From positions 11,551 to 75,550 of the forward strand of contig JBAXLU010000001.1 of NCBI GenBank assembly GCA_037134695.1: 64,000 bases of DNA. The letters run 5' to 3'. Positions within the stretch are counted from its first letter, which is position 1. Every line of letters starts with the position of its first letter. Made by a program: the position numbers and the translations under genes. Below are positions 60,306 to 64,000 of the stretch, piece by piece. Source of the stretch: Candidatus Nomurabacteria bacterium (GTDB lineage: Bacteria > Patescibacteriota > Minisyncoccia > Phycocordibacterales > UBA5272). Below the pieces are notes generated by a model. That model saw only the letters and a list, made by a program, of their open reading frames with translations, was not told the origin of the DNA and did no database searches.

Positions 60306-60345
60306 AGAAAGCATCCACTCCCATGGATGCTTTTTCTTTTTTTTT
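60306..60345 (+). terminator. Intrinsic terminator after the H1-like peptide gene
   Basis: aaagcatcca/tggatgcttt stem + long T tract. Confidence 0.8.
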
Positions 60346-60346
60346 A

Positions 60347-60620
60347 TTCCAAAACTATTTCATTTACTGCGTTAGGAAAAGTTTTTACTCCTGGTTGTAC
60401 GTCTTGTACATCTTAGTCGTAAAAACTTTCTCTGCCTTGTATCTAAAACAGTTTTGGAACAAAAATATTGATTAAAAAACTATTCCATCCCAGCCAGAGG
60501 CTGGTCAGCCTCTGGCTGATACTTTTTGTCGTTACGAAATTTTTGTCAGTCAATGTAGGTCTACTACATCTCCATCTAAAAATTTCTAGACTCCTCGTAT
60601 CTGAAACAATTTTTTGCCAA
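60347..60620 (+). repeat. Palindromic element copies 8 (60347-60459) and 9 (60468-60620, with nested 30-bp palindrome)
   Basis: ttccaaaac..catttactgcgtt...ccttgtatct..gttttggaa; catc[insert]tacttt...cctcgtatct. Confidence 0.8.
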
Positions 60621-60643
60621 AGAGGCTTCTTCACCAAAGATGA

Positions 60644-61249
60644 CTACCTCTCTATTTTTTCTATTATAGTATTTAGATCTTCGTCCTTTTCAAAATCTAA
60701 ATTTTCTCTTTCTACTATTATTAATTTAACAGAAGGTGATGCAAGATTAATAATTTCTTCATATTTTTTCTGCAATGGCGCAATCTGTGACTCATAAAAT
60801 CCTTCAGCTTTATCAAAATCTCTGTCATCAATTTCTAAAAATTTCTTAGTTCCTTCTTCTGTGTTTTTTAAATAAATTATAATATCTGGCCAAATGTTGT
60901 TTTTACGGTCTATTCTGGTTAAATCATTTATAACTTCTTTATCGTCTCCATCAAGCAACATGTCGACATACATTTGATAGTCTATCCAAAAAGTATCAAG
61001 CACAGAGCCTTTGCCTTGTTTTTTTAAATCTAAAGCATTTAAAAAATTATTAAGTTGTTTATTTCTAAACCATATAGTTCGACGTAAACCATTTGTATTA
61101 TTTTTTATATCTTCTTTGATAAAAGTTGGGAAGTCACCATTTTCTCCCTCAAGAAGAGTTTCATAGTTTAATTTTTTAGCGAGTTTCTTAACAAGAAAAC
61201 TTTTCCCACTTCTTTGTGCACCTATTATGGCTATAATTTTTGGTTCCAT
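60644..61249 (-). CDS. Deoxynucleoside kinase family P-loop protein
   Basis: IAIIGAQRSGKS, WPDIIIYL, RDFD. Confidence 0.8.
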   Translation of the reverse strand: MEPKIIAIIGAQRSGKSFLVKKLAKKLNYETLLEGENGDFPTFIKEDIKNNTNGLRRTIWFRNKQLNNFLNALDLKKQGKGSVLDTFWIDYQMYVDMLLDGDDKEVINDLTRIDRKNNIWPDIIIYLKNTEEGTKKFLEIDDRDFDKAEGFYESQIAPLQKKYEEIINLASPSVKLIIVERENLDFEKDEDLNTIIEKIER

Positions 61250-61251
61250 GT

Positions 61252-62208
61252 TTATTTCTTCTCTCTTAATTCTTTACTTAATGATTTCAAATCAAAGAGG
61301 CCATTTAAATCTCTTACAACATAATCAGGTAAATACATACTTAAACGCTCTTGTTCTATTTGTCCACGAGCAATAGCTATAGTTTTTACTCCCTCTACTT
61401 TTTGGGCGTCTTTAATATCACTTGGTAAATCTCCAATCATAATAGTTCTCCCTTGGTCTCCTTCATCAGCAATTAACTGTATCATTTTTGTTTTACCGTG
61501 AGATTCTGCATGTATATTTTTTTCATCAAAATATTCAGTAAGGCCGTATTTAATTAGATTCTCTTTTACTTGTTCTGGTGAACTAGCAGAGACTATATGT
61601 AATTTTAGTTTTGGATTATCTATTTTTGCTGCTCTTAATCTATCTAATACTTCTTTAACTTCTGGATAAAAATTTGCCTGAGTATGATGTTCTTTATCTA
61701 TCTTTGCTTGAAGATCCCTAAAGTCTTTTTTGAAAGTTTCTTCTCCTTTGTGTTCCATGGCCAAACCTAGTTTTTTATTATGATCTGGTATTATACCGAA
61801 TCTCTTGTAATAATCTTGGTAAGGTGCTTGATATGCATTGGCTATTTCTTCAATTGTCTGCGGTACAGAGACTCCTTTCTCGGCTTCTTTTTCGATAGTC
61901 AGTTTGACTGCCGTATATATAGAATGAGTGGTGTCATACAGAACACCATCAAAATCAAAGATTATATTATCGAAAAGAGTAGTTATTGGTCCTTCAGGAG
62001 ATTCTCCTTTAATAAAAGAATCTATTCTTTCTTTATAAAGCTTTGCATCATTTAAATCTACGGGTTGAATAGTTCCGTGTATTCCACCCTGTCCTTCCAT
62101 TATAGAAAGTAGATATTTAAAATCTTCACGGTCTTCTAAATCTTGTTCTGTTAATTTTGCCACTTCAGGAGTTGGCATTTGTGGTGCTCCAGGTTGTTTC
62201 ATTTGCAT
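61252..62208 (-). CDS. HAD-superfamily hydrolase
   Basis: IFDFDGVLYDT, VSAS, MIGDLPSD. Confidence 0.88.
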   Translation of the reverse strand: MQMKQPGAPQMPTPEVAKLTEQDLEDREDFKYLLSIMEGQGGIHGTIQPVDLNDAKLYKERIDSFIKGESPEGPITTLFDNIIFDFDGVLYDTTHSIYTAVKLTIEKEAEKGVSVPQTIEEIANAYQAPYQDYYKRFGIIPDHNKKLGLAMEHKGEETFKKDFRDLQAKIDKEHHTQANFYPEVKEVLDRLRAAKIDNPKLKLHIVSASSPEQVKENLIKYGLTEYFDEKNIHAESHGKTKMIQLIADEGDQGRTIMIGDLPSDIKDAQKVEGVKTIAIARGQIEQERLSMYLPDYVVRDLNGLFDLKSLSKELREKK

Positions 62209-62260
62209 AATGTGAGTATATCAATCATTTGTTTTTAATAGAAACAGGGGATAGAAGCAA

Positions 62261-62289
62261 TTGACATTATACCCCTAGGGGGTATAATG
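62261..62289 (+). promoter_or_regulatory. Sigma70 promoter with CsoR-type operator
   Basis: TTGACA-16-TATAAT overlapped by palindrome CATTATACCCC-TAG-GGGGTATAATG (TAC/GTA flanking C/G tracts). Confidence 0.88.
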
Positions 62290-62317
62290 GATACATTAAT
62301 AAATTAAATGCAATCCA

Positions 62318-62575
62318 ATGATGTATTATTATAACGATTTCACACCTTATCATATGTTTGGTTTTGGTTCTATAGTTATGGTTTTATTTTGGTGTTTCTG
62401 TTTATGGGCTTTATTTTCATTTTTTAGACATGGAAAATGTGCGGGTGGACATTGCGGGCGACATAATTCTATGGATAGTAAGCAAGGAGATGCAATAAAT
62501 TTTCTTAAAGAACGTTATGCAAGAGGAGAAATTACAAAAGCAGAGTTTACTTCAATGAAGAAAGATCTGGAATAG
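62318..62575 (+). CDS. SHOCT-domain membrane protein
   Basis: TM + LKERYARGEITKAEF. Confidence 0.88.
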   Translation: MMYYYNDFTPYHMFGFGSIVMVLFWCFCLWALFSFFRHGKCAGGHCGRHNSMDSKQGDAINFLKERYARGEITKAEFTSMKKDLE

Positions 62576-62606
62576 ACATTAGATTTCAGATTACACAACT
62601 ACAACA

Positions 62607-62634
62607 CTGGATTCCAACTTTCGTTGGAATGACA
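62607..62634 (-). repeat. dRS3/REP-like half element
   Basis: CTGGATTCCAACTTTCGTTGGAATGACA. Confidence 0.8.
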
Positions 62635-62703
62635 CGTATCTTCTGGAAACTTAATTTTTTTACTCCTAACCTCTAACTCCTAACCCCTAACTAATTTAAA
62701 AAC

Positions 62704-62967
62704 ATGAAACCATTAAATACAAAATTACTCCGTCGACTTAAAATTATAGAAGGCCAAGTGCGTGGATTACAAGAAATGGTGACTAATGATGTTTATTGCA
62801 TTGATATCATTACTCAAACCTCAGCTGTTAAACAAGCACTTTCTGGTGTAGAAGATGCTCTTATGGAAAGTCATTTAGGAACTTGCCTTGTTCATCAAAT
62901 TAAAAAAGGAAAAGAAAGTAAGGCAGTAGAGGAAATGTTGAAAGTCTACAGATTGAAAAGACGATAA
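62704..62967 (+). CDS. csoR: CsoR/RcnR family metal-sensing repressor
   Basis: RRLKIIEGQVRGL, YCIDIITQ, HLGTC. Confidence 0.92.
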   Translation: MKPLNTKLLRRLKIIEGQVRGLQEMVTNDVYCIDIITQTSAVKQALSGVEDALMESHLGTCLVHQIKKGKESKAVEEMLKVYRLKRR

Positions 62968-62986
62968 TAATTGTTTTAGTATTTTG

Positions 62987-63053
62987 TGTCATTCCAAACT
63001 TGATTTGGGATCCAGGTTTAAGACACTGGATTCCCATTTTCATGGGAATGACA
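62987..63053. repeat. dRS3/REP-like paired palindrome
   Basis: TGTCATTCC...GGGATCCAG ... CTGGATTCCC...GGGAATGACA. Confidence 0.85.
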
Positions 63054-63125
63054 ATACGGGAGAAGAATTACATTAAGTGTTGTATTAAATAAAAACTATA
63101 AAATATAAAAATTAATTTTAAATAT

Positions 63126-63686
63126 ATGACAAAAATTTCAATTTATTTAGCAAGTGCTTTAATTATAATCACAGGAATTATGGGTATTGCTGTCGGTTAT
63201 ATTCTTACACCATCATATTCTTTAAATATGTATGACAAAAATGTTATGGATTTAGGTCGTGCTGATAAATGGATAGATTTAAGATATGTAAATGCCATGA
63301 TATCTCATCATAGAGGAGCAATGTTGCTTGCAGAACAAGCACAAAAAAGTGAGCGTGTAGAAGTGCAGAATCTTGCAAAAGATATATTAAAAAATGAACC
63401 AGCTGCAATTGCTGAATTATACGCTTCCAAAAAAGCTTGGTATAACGATACAAAAAATGTTGCTGATCCAATAGGACCGAAGCTTGGTGTTTATGATGAA
63501 AAACTTGACCTTCGTTTTCTAAATGCATTAATTGCTCATCATCAAAATGGAATTATTATGACTAAAGATATTAGAACAAAATCTAGTCGATTAGAAGTTT
63601 TGAATAATGCAGATGCAGTGGAGGCATTTCTTAATGGGGGTATAAATATGTTATCTGAATGGAGAAAGAATTGGTATAACATTTAA
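63126..63686 (+). CDS. DUF305 (ferritin-like, CopM-related) protein
   Basis: Two MIxHH-type motifs (MISHHRGA, LIAHHQNG), N-terminal TM. Confidence 0.85.
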   Translation: MTKISIYLASALIIITGIMGIAVGYILTPSYSLNMYDKNVMDLGRADKWIDLRYVNAMISHHRGAMLLAEQAQKSERVEVQNLAKDILKNEPAAIAELYASKKAWYNDTKNVADPIGPKLGVYDEKLDLRFLNALIAHHQNGIIMTKDIRTKSSRLEVLNNADAVEAFLNGGINMLSEWRKNWYNI

Positions 63687-63690
63687 AAAC

Positions 63691-64000
63691 ATGACTACAA
63701 AAACTTTTACTGTTAACGGAATGCACTGTGCGAGCTGTTCCGCGATTATTACAAAAAAACTTTCTAAATTAGACGGTGTTGATAATATATCTGTTAATTT
63801 TGCAACTGAAAAGGCAAATGTTAGTTTTGATTCTGGAAAAGTAAATTTAGAGACAATGAATAATGAAATAGGTAAGCTTGGTTATAATTTATCTTCCTCT
63901 TATGAAATGATGGATCCTAATATGAAAATGGAAGGTATGGATCATAGTGAACATTTAGGATTATTAGTATCTAAAGATACAAAAGAAAGAGAATTAGAAG
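63691..64000 (+). CDS. copA: Heavy-metal (copper) P1B-ATPase, N-terminal fragment running off the window
   Basis: ATG 63691, HMA motif GMHCASC, VNFATEKA; CsoR context; ATPase core not visible. Confidence 0.75.
   Translation, partial: MTTKTFTVNGMHCASCSAIITKKLSKLDGVDNISVNFATEKANVSFDSGKVNLETMNNEIGKLGYNLSSSYEMMDPNMKMEGMDHSEHLGLLVSKDTKERELE

Overview
AT-rich bacterial chromosome segment, standard genetic code, most consistent with a Patescibacteria/CPR (Parcubacteria-like) genome. This is an inference from shortened translation proteins, few Shine-Dalgarno sites and no biosynthetic operons. Housekeeping genes dominate: rplY, rpmE, prfA, rpsB, tsf, pheST, murC/D/J, gyrB, thrS, valS, typA, lepA, rnpB and five intact tRNAs. 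There are also glycosyltransferases, a RelBE/DinJ-YafQ-like toxin-antitoxin pair, a class III RNR-IscS-IscU-reductase operon and the start of a CsoR/CopA copper locus. The most unusual content is a dense set of small structured non-coding elements with no transposase in the window. (1) tRNA trailer elements carry an antisense and a sense copy of their own tRNA's 3' end around a shared core (Thr, Phe, Gly). (2) Nine copies of a ~115-150 bp palindromic element have covarying stems; five overlap stop codons and one is in frame inside murD. (3) Tandem-repeat arms are joined through a common AATAC-hairpin-GTATT core, and one arm family sits inside pheS, pheT, gyrB, rplY and RNase P RNA. (4) dRS3-like palindromes occur, one inside tag. 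Other highlights: a SET-domain methyltransferase beside an unannotated 33-aa histone-H1-like peptide, an HTH-LAGLIDADG-like ORF that ends inside tRNA-Arg, a stand-alone poly-Q micro-gene, and ~95-bp inverted repeats bracketing the anaerobic RNR block. All calls come from reading the sequence; no database searches were run.
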